Of a stretch of 64,000 bases of DNA, positions 49,675 to 59,810 are shown piece after piece. A model generated the notes under the pieces. It worked only from the letters and a program-made list of their open reading frames with translations, had not been told where the DNA came from and made no database searches. Every line of letters starts with the position of its first letter. Within the stretch, counting starts at the first letter, position 1. The stretch comes from Planctomycetota bacterium (GTDB lineage: Bacteria > Planctomycetota > Phycisphaerae > Phycisphaerales > Phycisphaeraceae). The translations under genes were made by a program, and so were the position numbers. The DNA lies in assembly GCA_024279865.1 (NCBI GenBank), contig JAJRRC010000109.1:17513-81512 (forward strand). The letters are read 5' to 3'.

Positions 49675-51723
49675 ATGGCTCCGATGCCAATACGTAAACT
49701 CCCCTTACTTTTAATCAACCAGATCGCGGCGGGCGAAGTGATTGAACGGCCAGCCAGTGTCGTCAAAGAACTCGTTGAAAACAGTCTCGATGCCCATGGG
49801 ACCCAAATCGATATCCAAATCGAAGAAGGCGGCCGTCAACTGATCCGAATCAGCGACAACGGCACAGGCATTCCCGAAGACGAACTCCCCCTCGCCATCG
49901 ACGCTCATGCCACCAGCAAATTGCAAACCGTTGACCAGCTCGAAGCGATCAATACCATGGGCTTTCGCGGCGAAGCGATTGCGTCCATCGCCAGCATCAG
50001 CCGTTTACGTATCACCAGCAAAGCAACGCTCAACGGCATTGCCTGTGAATCCGGGGCCATGCTCGAAGTTCATGGCGGACAGATACAACCCATCACCCCC
50101 GCAGCCTGTGCGCCGGGGACCACGCTTGAAGTCCGCGACATCTTTTTTAACACCCCTGCAAGGCTTAAATTCATGCGGGCTGCCAGTACCGAGTTTGGGC
50201 ATATTTCCAGCATCATCAGCCAAATCGCAATGGTTCAACCTCAAGTTGGATTCACCTTGACCCACAACGGCCGCAAGACGCTGGATGTGAGCCCTGATAG
50301 TTCACACCGAAGGCGATGTATTCAATTGCTAGGTAAAGAGCTTGATGATGCCATGCTCGAGTTTGAGCATGTCGACCCACCCACCGAAAACGCGTCGCCG
50401 AATAGCCCCCCACCTCCGAGGTTGTGGGGTTTGGCGGGCATGCCTGCGGTCGCTCGCGCGACGACAAAATTTCAGTATGTCTTTATCAATGGCAGGCCCA
50501 TCAAAGACCGCAGTCTCAACCATGCGATCAAAGAAGCTTACCGCGGCCTCATCCCTCATGACAAACATCCCATGGCCATTCTCTGTATCGAAATCGACCC
50601 CACCACCGTGGACGTCAATGTCCATCCCACCAAATCACAAGTCCGCTTTCGTGAACCTTCACGCATGCATGGGCTAATCCTCCATTCACTGCGACAATGT
50701 TTACTTGCCAATGACCTCACCCCCCAGGCAAGCTTGGGAGGATTTAACAGAGCCGGAGCGATGACCGGCGGAGGCATTGCCGGGAGTGGAACTTCCGGGG
50801 GGGCCGGGAAAATTTCCTTCTCACGGTCGGGGGGGTCGTCAAGTTCATCGGGAACAAGCCCTTCTGCTTTTGTACAACATTTTCGGGAAATGGATGCCGC
50901 TCAAAAAGGCTTCATCTACCAACAGATCAAAGAAGCCCTCCCCCCGGTTCCCCCGGCCCCCCCGGAAGCTACCCAAGGGCTTCTCCCACAAAATGCAGCC
51001 CAGACCACCGACCCAAGCAACCCGGAGGCCTCCAACGGACCACCCTCTGAACTTCCGGGGGGGCCGGGGGCATGGGAATTGGCACAGCGAAATTCTCCAG
51101 GCGGCGCGCCGGCTCTGCCGATCCTTCAGCAATACAATATTTTGCAAGTGCACAATAGCTATCTCGTTACCCAAGACGACCAAGGGATTCTCATCATCGA
51201 CTAACATGCTCTGCATGAACGGGTCATGTTTGAACAACTCAGAAATCGCATCCTGGGCCAAAACAAAAACCTTGAAAGCCAGCGTCTGTTAATGCCTGCG
51301 ACGATGCCTGCTTCGCCTGGTCGTCTGGACCTTGCTGAGCAACTGGGTCCTCTCTTTGAGCGCATTGGGATTGAAGCTCAGCCCATTGGCAAAGAGAGCT
51401 TGGCGATTCATGCGTTCCCCACGTTGTTGTTTGACCGCAAGGTAGACCCGATTACCTTCATGGAAGAGCTTCTTGATGAAGCTGAAGATGGCAAGGTGGA
51501 TCTGACCAATCCGAATCTTGACGAAGCGGTGCTTCACAAGGTTCTGGACATGATGGCCTGCAAGGCAGCGGTCAAAGGCGGCGATGCCATGACCCAGGCG
51601 GAGCTTGCAGCCCTGCTCGCCAAGCGAGATGAGATTGAACGGTCGAGCAATTGCCCCCACGGCCGGCCCACGAGCCTGAGGTTGAGCCTTGCGGATCTTG
51701 AAAAGCAATTCATGCGAACGTAA
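49675..51723 (+). pseudogene. mutL: DNA mismatch repair endonuclease MutL interrupted by an in-frame TAA at 51202-51204
   Basis: The N-terminal GHKL ATPase is present (INQIAAGEVIERPASVVKELVENSLDA). The two ORFs 49675-51204 and 51226-51723 are in the same frame. The stop replaces Q in ILIID-*-HALHERVMFE (the DQHAX2EX4E motif). CPHGRP is retained downstream. Confidence 0.85.
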
Positions 51724-51756
51724 ACCAAGTTCGAACGCAAGCATTGGACCGGGGAA

Positions 51757-51793
51757 GAATCCGTCGCTTCAGCAGACTTCAGCATCCGGCATT
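51757..51793 (+). repeat. 37-nt dispersed repeat, copy 2
   Basis: gaatccgtcgcttcagcagacttcagcatccggcatt. Confidence 0.6.
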
Positions 51794-51912
51794 GTGATCA
51801 CAACAAGCAAACTTTCACCCCCGAGGACAAGTCTGTCTGTCTATCCATCCATCACAAACGCGATTGCTGAATTCACAAGGGTCTGACAATCATCAATCAG
51901 CAACGGATTGGT

Positions 51913-52629
51913 TTATCTGCCGTGGCGGATCACGCGGCCGTTGGTTTTTTGTAAATCACGGGCATTGTCAAAAGAAAACAAGGATTGAAAAGCCTTGATT
52001 TGCTCGGATGAAACCGTGAGGGGTTCGTCAAGAACGGTCCATAACACACCTTCGGTACAGGGTGGCATGGTCAGTGAGCCGTAGTATTGATAGCGTGTGA
52101 GGTTCGTTGGCAATAGCCTAGCGGGGTTGATTAAAACGTCCTTGGTCTGGTACTGCTTCCCTTCGGGGGGAATGCAGTTCCAGATTTTTTCCAGCTCGGC
52201 ATTGGCCTCACCTTCGACAAAAAAAACGCCTACCACCGCAAGACGACAATCGGCATGTTGATGTACCAAGTGCATTTCCAAGGGGTGACGAATACCCTTG
52301 ATCGCATGTTCACTAGGCGTATGAAAGTGGAATTGAAGAAGTTTGAACGGCTCGTGATTGAGTTGAAAGTGGCCGCCTGCATTAACCTGAATCGTGCGGC
52401 CGTTGTTGAACAAGTCCAATACAACAGGCTGATAGTCAAAAGAAATGACATCAGGTTGACCCTTTGCATGCTCATTACATAAGTCAATAGGAGATTGGTT
52501 CTGGCCTGTCTGGCCAGGCCAAGTCGAGGGTCCGGTTGGGCCGTCATAGCTCCAGCCGGGAATTTCACAGTTTGAACAACACTTACCTGCCAAGAGTGAA
52601 TTCAACATTGTGGTGTCGGTTCCTTTCAA
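51913..52629 (-). CDS. alpha-class carbonic anhydrase
   Basis: QSPIDL, LLQFHFHTPSEH and LEMHLVH provide the zinc-binding His triad context. Confidence 0.85.
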   Translation of the reverse strand: MKGTDTTMLNSLLAGKCCSNCEIPGWSYDGPTGPSTWPGQTGQNQSPIDLCNEHAKGQPDVISFDYQPVVLDLFNNGRTIQVNAGGHFQLNHEPFKLLQFHFHTPSEHAIKGIRHPLEMHLVHQHADCRLAVVGVFFVEGEANAELEKIWNCIPPEGKQYQTKDVLINPARLLPTNLTRYQYYGSLTMPPCTEGVLWTVLDEPLTVSSEQIKAFQSLFSFDNARDLQKTNGRVIRHGR

Positions 52630-52684
52630 AAAAGAGTGGTATTCCCCTGATCATATCAAAAAAGAATACTTTTATATCTTTTTG

Positions 52685-54730
52685 TTATCCATATCCCAGC
52701 CAAGCGGCTGTTTGATAAACCGTAAATGCAGCGGAGTACGCCAGCACGGTCATGTATGTAAATTGGAAGGCAGCCCATTTCCAGCTACCTGTGATGCGGC
52801 GGGTGACCACCTGTGTGGGCAAGCATTGCATCGCCAAAACATAAAAGGTCAGCAAGCTCAAGCACGTCGCGGTGGTAAAGACGACCGAGCCGTCGGCACG
52901 CTTGGATTGACGCAAACGTTCTAAAAGAGCTGCATCGTTTTCTTCAATCGCATCCTCGCCCACGCCATACACAATCGCCAAGGTGGACACGATCACTTCG
53001 CGGGCGGCAAAAGAACTGACCACGCCGATGCCGATCTGCCAATCAAATCCCAACGGCCTGACCACGGGTTCAATGGCTTTGCCCAGGCGACCCGCGACAG
53101 AATAAGCCAACGCATGACGATTGCTTAATAATTCTGCTTCATGCAAAAGCTGGTTGGAGCCTGCGATATCACCGGCTTGTGCAAGGATCGCTGCTTGGGA
53201 CTGCATCTGGACCACTTCTGCCGGTGGCGAACTTTTGGGATAGGTGGCCATGGCCCAAAGCAGAACTGAAATCATAAGAATGGTGGTCCCAGCTTTATGA
53301 ATAAATATTTTGGCGCGTTCAAGCGTTGTCAGTAAAGCGGTCCGCAAACTGGGGATTTTATAACTTGGCAGTTCCAGGATCAGCGGCTTGGGTTGGCCTG
53401 GCAAAATGGTCCGTTTAAAAACAAACGCACAAGCGAGAACTGCAAAGATACCCATACAGTAAGCTGCGGTGAATAGAAGAGCTGCTTCAAGAGGTTGCTC
53501 GCCAAACAGGAGGCCGATGACCATGGCATAGACAGGCAAACGGGCTGAGCAGGTTAACAACGGCAAGGTTAAAATGGTGATCAACCGGTCGCGTTTATCT
53601 TCAATGGCTTTGGCGGTCATGATGCCTGGGATCGCACAGGCGTGAGCAGAGAGCATGGGAACAAACGCTTTGCCTGGCAGGCCGACGTGCTGCATCAGCC
53701 GGTCCATGACAAAGGCTGCTCTGGCGAGATAGCCTGTATCTTCGAGCAATGACAGAACAAAAAACAAGATGCATATCTGAGGCAAAAAGACCAGTACCCC
53801 GCCGATGCCGCCGATGATGCCATCGACCACAAGGCTGTTCACTTCACCTTCGGGCAACCACTGACTCACCAAGGCCTGTGCATAGCCAAACCCTGCGTCA
53901 ATCAAGTCCATCGGCACACTGGACAGCGAAAAGATCAACCAAAACACGCCTAGCATAATGGTGAAAAATCCAAAGACGCCCGCAATGGGATGGGTCAGAA
54001 TTTGGTCCAGCTTTTCAGTCTGACGACCAGCCTGGACCGCATGAGAAGAAGCCAGACAGGTATCAGCCACCTGCTCAGCCCAGTCATATCGCCCCTTAAA
54101 CGGACAACTGCACCCCGCACAGGAATCTTGCAATTTCATCGGCGGCTCTGCTGTTACTTCAGCATCCTGATGCAACGTTAGATGAATCAATTGGCGAAGT
54201 TGTTCAACCCCACGACCCGTACGGGCAGAAACCGCTTCAACCGGACAGCCTAGCTCTTGAACCAAAGCATCCACATCAATCTGAATGCCAGAGGATTCAG
54301 CAAGGTCGATCATGTTCAAAGCCACGATCACAGGAACCTGCAACTGAATCACCTGACTCACCAAAAACAAATTTCGCTGTAAGTTTGTTGCATCCAGCAC
54401 CACCACCACCGCAGCAGGCTTGGCAAGACCCTTGGATTGCCCAAGAAGCACATCACGACTGACCCGCTCCTCATCGGTCGCCCCAGCCACCGAATACAAC
54501 CCAGGCAAGTCTACCAGATTCACTTCCTCGCCATCGGCAAAGGACATGATTCCTTCGGTGCGTTCAATGGTAATGCCAGGAAAATTGGCGGTCCTGGCCC
54601 GCAAACCTGTCAAACGGTTAAAAAGAGTCGTTTTGCCTGCATTGGGATTGCCAATCATTGCAATGATTGGCCGACGATCAGAAGATTGAAGAACCGGCAA
54701 GCCTATCGATCTAGACGTGGAGGTACTCAT
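52685..54730 (-). CDS. feoB: ferrous iron transporter FeoB
   Basis: G-domain GNPNAGKTTLFN followed by a polytopic C-terminal region. ATGA overlap with feoA. Confidence 0.9.
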   Translation of the reverse strand: MSTSTSRSIGLPVLQSSDRRPIIAMIGNPNAGKTTLFNRLTGLRARTANFPGITIERTEGIMSFADGEEVNLVDLPGLYSVAGATDEERVSRDVLLGQSKGLAKPAAVVVVLDATNLQRNLFLVSQVIQLQVPVIVALNMIDLAESSGIQIDVDALVQELGCPVEAVSARTGRGVEQLRQLIHLTLHQDAEVTAEPPMKLQDSCAGCSCPFKGRYDWAEQVADTCLASSHAVQAGRQTEKLDQILTHPIAGVFGFFTIMLGVFWLIFSLSSVPMDLIDAGFGYAQALVSQWLPEGEVNSLVVDGIIGGIGGVLVFLPQICILFFVLSLLEDTGYLARAAFVMDRLMQHVGLPGKAFVPMLSAHACAIPGIMTAKAIEDKRDRLITILTLPLLTCSARLPVYAMVIGLLFGEQPLEAALLFTAAYCMGIFAVLACAFVFKRTILPGQPKPLILELPSYKIPSLRTALLTTLERAKIFIHKAGTTILMISVLLWAMATYPKSSPPAEVVQMQSQAAILAQAGDIAGSNQLLHEAELLSNRHALAYSVAGRLGKAIEPVVRPLGFDWQIGIGVVSSFAAREVIVSTLAIVYGVGEDAIEENDAALLERLRQSKRADGSVVFTTATCLSLLTFYVLAMQCLPTQVVTRRITGSWKWAAFQFTYMTVLAYSAAFTVYQTAAWLGYG

Positions 54731-55038
54731 GAAACTTCTCCACCAGTCTGACAACCGGGCTTCTCACAAGGATCAACCACAATTTGCTTGGCAAGACGCC
54801 TGGCGAGTCCCAGACGAGACCCGAACACACGAATAATCAAAGGGTTACCTTGTTTGATCAACTCAATCTGACGGCCAGTGCAAAGCCCAAGAGATTTCAT
54901 GCGGTCGGCCTGAACCGGGTCCGTTTCACGAACATCAAGAATCACACCCACCTGGCCGGGACGAAGATCGCACAACGAAACTTTTGAGTCAGATTCCTGA
55001 AGAACCGTCAGAGGATTGCAATCAATAGGTTGTCCCAT
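54727..55038 (-). CDS. feoA: FeoA-family protein
   Basis: SH3-like FeoA pattern (LCDLRPGQVGVILDV ... LGLCTGRQIELI). It lies directly upstream of feoB. Confidence 0.8.
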   Translation of the reverse strand: MGQPIDCNPLTVLQESDSKVSLCDLRPGQVGVILDVRETDPVQADRMKSLGLCTGRQIELIKQGNPLIIRVFGSRLGLARRLAKQIVVDPCEKPGCQTGGEVS

Positions 55039-55226
55039 AGTCTGTCTCAATATTCCAAATGACGTTCAACACAAGGTATCCTACCTTACTTTTAATTGCG
55101 ACACAATATCAATTACGCAATGATTCCAAGTAGTATTTTTTGTTGAACCACCACCCCCATCCCAATCAAAGAACAAGCGACTTGTCGATTCTTGCTCCCT
55201 GTTTGGTCTTGTGTCACCCGCCATCA

Positions 55227-56216
55227 CTAAATTTGATAGGGCACAGATCGCATCAAGCCCGTCGCCCGCCACTTCAGCCATGCCATGGTGAGAAACGCAG
55301 CGAGGAATAAAAACACATGCACTGCCGCCATCACCCATTGCCCCGCACCAAGCATCCAGCCAGCATCGTAAAGGATCAGCCAAAGGGTCGAAATTCGTAA
55401 AAACTGATGGGCTGCCTGGCGGCGAGTCCGAAAATTCCCTGCATGTTGATACAAAAAAGCGGTGGCTCCCACGCCAAAAACCACCAATGCCGCAAACGGC
55501 CACACCCACAACTTGGGATACGCATGAAGCACCAACGTGCCACGCCAGCCCATAAACATCACCAGCAAGGTTGTCCAGAACAAGGAACCGGCCACCACTT
55601 GAGCCAATTCAAACCCATGCAGACGCGGCCGTCGCCCTTCCATCACATACGCCACCGCAGAACAAACCATCACATGCCCCATTGCCAGACACACCGGCCA
55701 AGCGTAGCCGAGCTTGGGCACTGCGATAAACATCAACATAGCCCGAATCAATGCCATGCTGATAATTCCCGTCGCAGGCAGGAACTTGCCAAACACATTA
55801 AAAAAAAGAATTGCCCCGGCCGTGAAGACACACATAAAAGTAGAATGTTCTCCTAAGAAGGTGGCTGCCCCAATCGCTCCAAGCACACTGACCAAAGCCA
55901 GCGTGATGGCGGTCGGGACCGCGATTCGCCCCGTTGATAAAGGGCGATTGGGACGAAACGCCCGGTCATGCGTCATATCTAATATATCGTTGAGGCAAAT
56001 GCCATACACACACAAACCCGTTGCGATCACCATCGTCAGCCCCATCGCAAACCAGACAGGCCACTGCATCAAATATTCATTTTGGCGATCTGCCGACTCA
56101 AGCCCAATGGATAACGCCACCACCAGCCAACTGTTGCTGATGGCTGAAATTACATACTCAGGCCGAAACAGCCTCAAAAAATCAACCATGCCAGAACGTG
56201 TCATCAGAATATTCAA
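55227..56216 (-). CDS. UbiA-family prenyltransferase-like membrane protein
   Basis: NDILDMTHDRAFRPNRPLSTGRI (NDxxDxxxD motif) in a polytopic protein. Confidence 0.6.
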   Translation of the reverse strand: MNILMTRSGMVDFLRLFRPEYVISAISNSWLVVALSIGLESADRQNEYLMQWPVWFAMGLTMVIATGLCVYGICLNDILDMTHDRAFRPNRPLSTGRIAVPTAITLALVSVLGAIGAATFLGEHSTFMCVFTAGAILFFNVFGKFLPATGIISMALIRAMLMFIAVPKLGYAWPVCLAMGHVMVCSAVAYVMEGRRPRLHGFELAQVVAGSLFWTTLLVMFMGWRGTLVLHAYPKLWVWPFAALVVFGVGATAFLYQHAGNFRTRRQAAHQFLRISTLWLILYDAGWMLGAGQWVMAAVHVFLFLAAFLTMAWLKWRATGLMRSVPYQI

Positions 56217-56315
56217 TCATACCCACTTAAGCGCATGCTGAAAACCAGAGCCATTTTCCACACACACAAAATGAACTTCTAGCCCGCCATCTGCGTACAA
56301 CCAATAGATTAACCC

Positions 56316-56990
56316 ATGAATCAAGTGAGAAACATCATGCAAAAAGCATTCTACTGTACCCTGCTCATTTCCATTGGCCTTCTAGGAGCCTGCGATCCGT
56401 TCAACAACAATCAAGCCAGCACCTCCTCGACAGCAGGCTCTATCGCCGTGGTAAACCTTGAGCAAGTCGCCCAAGCCATTGGCCAAAACAAGCTATTCGA
56501 ACAAAAAATGCAAGAAGTTCAAGAGCAAACCACCAAACAACTTGACGCTCTCAAACAACAATTCAATCAACAAATCCAAGAAAAGCAAAAGAGTTTGGGC
56601 GAAAAACCCACGCCTGCCCAGCGTCAAGAATTGATCAATCTGTCCACTCAATTGCAACAACAGTATCGCCAGGGCCTTGCTCAGGCACAAGAGCTCCAAG
56701 GCCGCACGCAAGTCAATCTCATTGGTGAATTCCGACGTAAAATTAAACCCGTCGCACAAAAAATCGCACAAGACCAAGGCTATACCGTGGTCCTGATTCG
56801 CAGTGAAGTGATCCTCGTGGCCATCCCCGCTGTAGACATCACCACACAAGTCATCGCACAACTCCAACAAGTTCACACCAGCGAGAAAAGCCCTCTAAAC
56901 TTCGGCCAATCCCTCCTCGGAACCCCCACCCCCGGAAGTGCCCCCGAAAGCGCCCCCGCGGTTCCTACCACCGCACCGGCTGTCCAGTGA
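56316..56990 (+). CDS. OmpH/Skp-like periplasmic chaperone (lipoprotein)
   Basis: Lipobox LLGAC, a Gln-rich coiled coil and QGYTVVLIRS ... DITTQVI, which is a typical OmpH-family end. Confidence 0.65.
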   Translation: MNQVRNIMQKAFYCTLLISIGLLGACDPFNNNQASTSSTAGSIAVVNLEQVAQAIGQNKLFEQKMQEVQEQTTKQLDALKQQFNQQIQEKQKSLGEKPTPAQRQELINLSTQLQQQYRQGLAQAQELQGRTQVNLIGEFRRKIKPVAQKIAQDQGYTVVLIRSEVILVAIPAVDITTQVIAQLQQVHTSEKSPLNFGQSLLGTPTPGSAPESAPAVPTTAPAVQ

Positions 56991-57065
56991 CCCCTCACTT
57001 TGGTTCATAAAGCGATGAGCCTACTAGAACACTTCGCACAAATAATCTCCTGTCCGATTCAAAAA

Positions 57066-57104
57066 CCGGACGCGCAAGCTGTAAGCTTGCGTCTATTTTT
57101 AAAC
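57066..57104 (+). repeat. REP/terminator-like hairpin element, copy R7
   Basis: ccggacgcgcaagc-tgtaa-gcttgcgtctatttttaaac lies 76 nt after the skp-like stop. Confidence 0.8.
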
Positions 57105-57195
57105 AACAAGTGGAGATGACTCATGCGAAATGCCCTAGAACGCTGTCCGTTCTGATTTGGTGACTATCTCACCCCACCACCACAAGCCACACGCT

Positions 57196-58725
57196 CTAAG
57201 CATGAGCAATGCGTGGCTGACGGGTAGGCTCGCGGCATAATTCCGCATTGATAAACTGATGCAAAAGCGTGGCCTTGATTGATGCGAATTCCGGATCATC
57301 CCAGTGATTGATCATTTCATCCGGATCGTTTTTCAGATCGTACAATTCGCCATAGGGCTGATCTCGGTAGACCGTCATTTTATATTGCTCGGTAATAAAG
57401 GTTCGTAGATGAAACTCGGTGGGCTGATGACGATGCTCGCAGATTATGTTGTTGCGTGCCTGTTCAGAATCACCACGCCACACATCTAATTGATCCACGC
57501 CTTGCATTTGGCCAGGAATCTTAATTCCCGCAGCACGAAGAAATGTTGAGGGCAAATCGATCAATCCCTGCATGGCTTGATTGGTCACCCCCGCAGGAAT
57601 TTGGCCAGGCCAACGAACAAGAAACGGTAAACGCAAGAGGTCTTCATACAAATGGCACGCCTTCTGCCACAAGCCATGTTGGCCGAGGAAGTGGCCATGG
57701 TCTGTGGTAAAGACCACGATGGTGTTGTCGGCGAGTCCTTGTTCGTCTAGTGCATCGAGAATACGGCCGATTTGTTGGTCCATGAAACTAACCATGCCGT
57801 AGTAGACCGCCATGTTTTTACGAGCCTGGTCTGGATCGGTGACCTGATAGTTTAGGCCGTGATTGGCGAAGGGAGTTTCTTGATAGACAGACCAGTCGGC
57901 ATTGGGGTCTTGGGTCATTGCAAAATGCGGGGGTTTATCGTCAAATTCACCTAGCTGGTGCTGGCCGATTTGCATCTCCTTTGGATCGTACATGTCTGAC
58001 CAAGGCGAGGGAACCAAGTAAGGCGGGTGTGGATCGTGAAAACTCGACCAACAGAAAAACGGTTGATCGCTGTCAGCCGCTTGCTTGATTGATTCAATGG
58101 TTTTCTCGGCAGTCCAGACGTTGTAGTGATACTCCTCGGGCAAATCCCAACGATGTTCACGCTGAGGAGCCTCTGGATTCGGCGGATAGTCCTGGAAATA
58201 ATCCTGCCACTGGGTCAATCCCTTTTCTTCCATCCACAAAGCGTAATGCCCACCCACATGGGCTTCATCTGTGTGCATACGAGCTGTTTCGATATGGTCA
58301 AAGCCATACCAAGGGCCATGAAAATCTCGCCAAAAGTCCAAGTCTCGCAACGTGGGCTGACTTTCAATCGAAGGGGCTTCTTCGCGTGAAACCAATGGTT
58401 GAAAATGTGCTTTGCCGACCAAGGATGTTGCATAGCCTTGCTTGGAAAAGGATTCCCCCACCGTCGGTACATCCTCTGGCAACTTCATCCCAATCGTCCA
58501 ACAACCATGCCAAGATGGATATTGACCGGTAATCATCGTCGCCCGCGAGGGACTGCACACCGGGTTGTTGCAATAGGCCCGCGTGAAGTGGGTTCCTTCA
58601 CGGCCAAGGCGATCCAACGCGGGCGTTTGAATCCGTGGATTGGCAAAGCCCAGCGTGCTGTAGTGTTGTTGGTCTGAAGTAATCAGTAATATATTCGGCC
58701 GCGATGGCGAGGAGGAATTTTTCAT
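57196..58725 (-). CDS. sulfatase
   Basis: NILLITSDQQH, CSPSRATMITGQYP and TDHGHFLGQHG. The start is set at MKNSSSPSRPN, because the longer ORF would overlap the upstream ABC gene. Confidence 0.9.
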   Translation of the reverse strand: MKNSSSPSRPNILLITSDQQHYSTLGFANPRIQTPALDRLGREGTHFTRAYCNNPVCSPSRATMITGQYPSWHGCWTIGMKLPEDVPTVGESFSKQGYATSLVGKAHFQPLVSREEAPSIESQPTLRDLDFWRDFHGPWYGFDHIETARMHTDEAHVGGHYALWMEEKGLTQWQDYFQDYPPNPEAPQREHRWDLPEEYHYNVWTAEKTIESIKQAADSDQPFFCWSSFHDPHPPYLVPSPWSDMYDPKEMQIGQHQLGEFDDKPPHFAMTQDPNADWSVYQETPFANHGLNYQVTDPDQARKNMAVYYGMVSFMDQQIGRILDALDEQGLADNTIVVFTTDHGHFLGQHGLWQKACHLYEDLLRLPFLVRWPGQIPAGVTNQAMQGLIDLPSTFLRAAGIKIPGQMQGVDQLDVWRGDSEQARNNIICEHRHQPTEFHLRTFITEQYKMTVYRDQPYGELYDLKNDPDEMINHWDDPEFASIKATLLHQFINAELCREPTRQPRIAHA

Positions 58726-58763
58726 AATCCCTTCATCGTAATTTATTTGCAGTAAATGGCAAA

Positions 58764-59810
58764 TTAAGCCGTCGTCGAGACAGGCGGGATATCCGCAAGC
58801 GAGGCGTTCCCTTGATCGCAGCCCGTTCCATGCCAGCAGGCTGCCCAATGACGTGGGAAAACCTCTTGCAACGGTGGAACCGCTTGGGCGCATTGCACAT
58901 CTTCTTGCCAATCTCGACAGCGTGGATGAAACGGACAACCCGACGGCAAATTGCCCGGGTCTGGAACGTTCCCTTCAATGGTACGCAAGCGGTGTTTTTC
59001 TTCACCTAGCCGTGGCATCGAATCGAACAAGCCTCGCGTGTAGGGATGTTGCGGCCGATCAAAAACATCATGCACCGAGCCATACTCCACCACGCGGCCG
59101 GCATACATCACCGCCACCACATCAGCGTTCTGAGCCACCACACCCAGGTCATGTGTAATGAGCATGATCGACATGCCTCGCTTGATTTGTAACTCACGCA
59201 ACAGTTCTAAAATTTGTGCTTGGATCGTCACGTCCAACGCAGTGGTCGGTTCATCAGCAAGCAATAATTTAGGTTGGCACGCCAAAGCCATCGCGATCAT
59301 GACCCGTTGGCGCATGCCGCCGGACAGTTGATGGGGATAGGTTTTAAGTCTACTACGTGCGTCGGCAATGCCGACATCTTCCAACGCGGTCACGGCAATT
59401 TCAATCGCCTGGGCTCGCCCCACTGCCTGATGCAAAAGAATCGCTTCGAGAATTTGCTCACCCACGGTGTAAACGGGGTTGAGGCTTGTCATGGGTTCTT
59501 GAAAGATCATGGCAATATCGTTGCCACGGATCGACTGCATTTGTTTTTCAGTCTGGGTCAGCAGATCCACGGGCGGTTCACCCTTGGCGGACCACCAGAT
59601 TTTGCCTCGTTCATAACAGCCCGGCGGCGTGGGGACCAACTGCAATGTCGACAACGCGGACACACTCTTGCCACACCCTGATTCCCCCACCACGCCAAGC
59701 GTTTGGCCCGGATAGATCGATAGATGAACGCCATTGACAGCCTTGACCACGCCACTGGGCGTATCAAAATTCACCGCCAGATCTTCAATTCGTAACAGAG
59801 GTTCGGTCAA
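58764..59810 (-). CDS. Opp/Dpp-type ABC transporter ATP-binding protein
   Basis: [28 protein letters not shown] and a C-terminal oligopeptide-ABC extension with Cys residues. Confidence 0.85.
   Translation of the reverse strand: MTEPLLRIEDLAVNFDTPSGVVKAVNGVHLSIYPGQTLGVVGESGCGKSVSALSTLQLVPTPPGCYERGKIWWSAKGEPPVDLLTQTEKQMQSIRGNDIAMIFQEPMTSLNPVYTVGEQILEAILLHQAVGRAQAIEIAVTALEDVGIADARSRLKTYPHQLSGGMRQRVMIAMALACQPKLLLADEPTTALDVTIQAQILELLRELQIKRGMSIMLITHDLGVVAQNADVVAVMYAGRVVEYGSVHDVFDRPQHPYTRGLFDSMPRLGEEKHRLRTIEGNVPDPGNLPSGCPFHPRCRDWQEDVQCAQAVPPLQEVFPRHWAACWHGTGCDQGNASLADIPPVSTTA

Noticed and set aside
51913-52629. The alpha-carbonic anhydrase appears to lack a clear signal peptide (MKGTDTTMLNSLLAGKCCSNCEIPGW...)
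   Set aside because: The N-terminus is short and ambiguous, and the start codon is uncertain. Without a predictor this is not strong enough to report as unusual.
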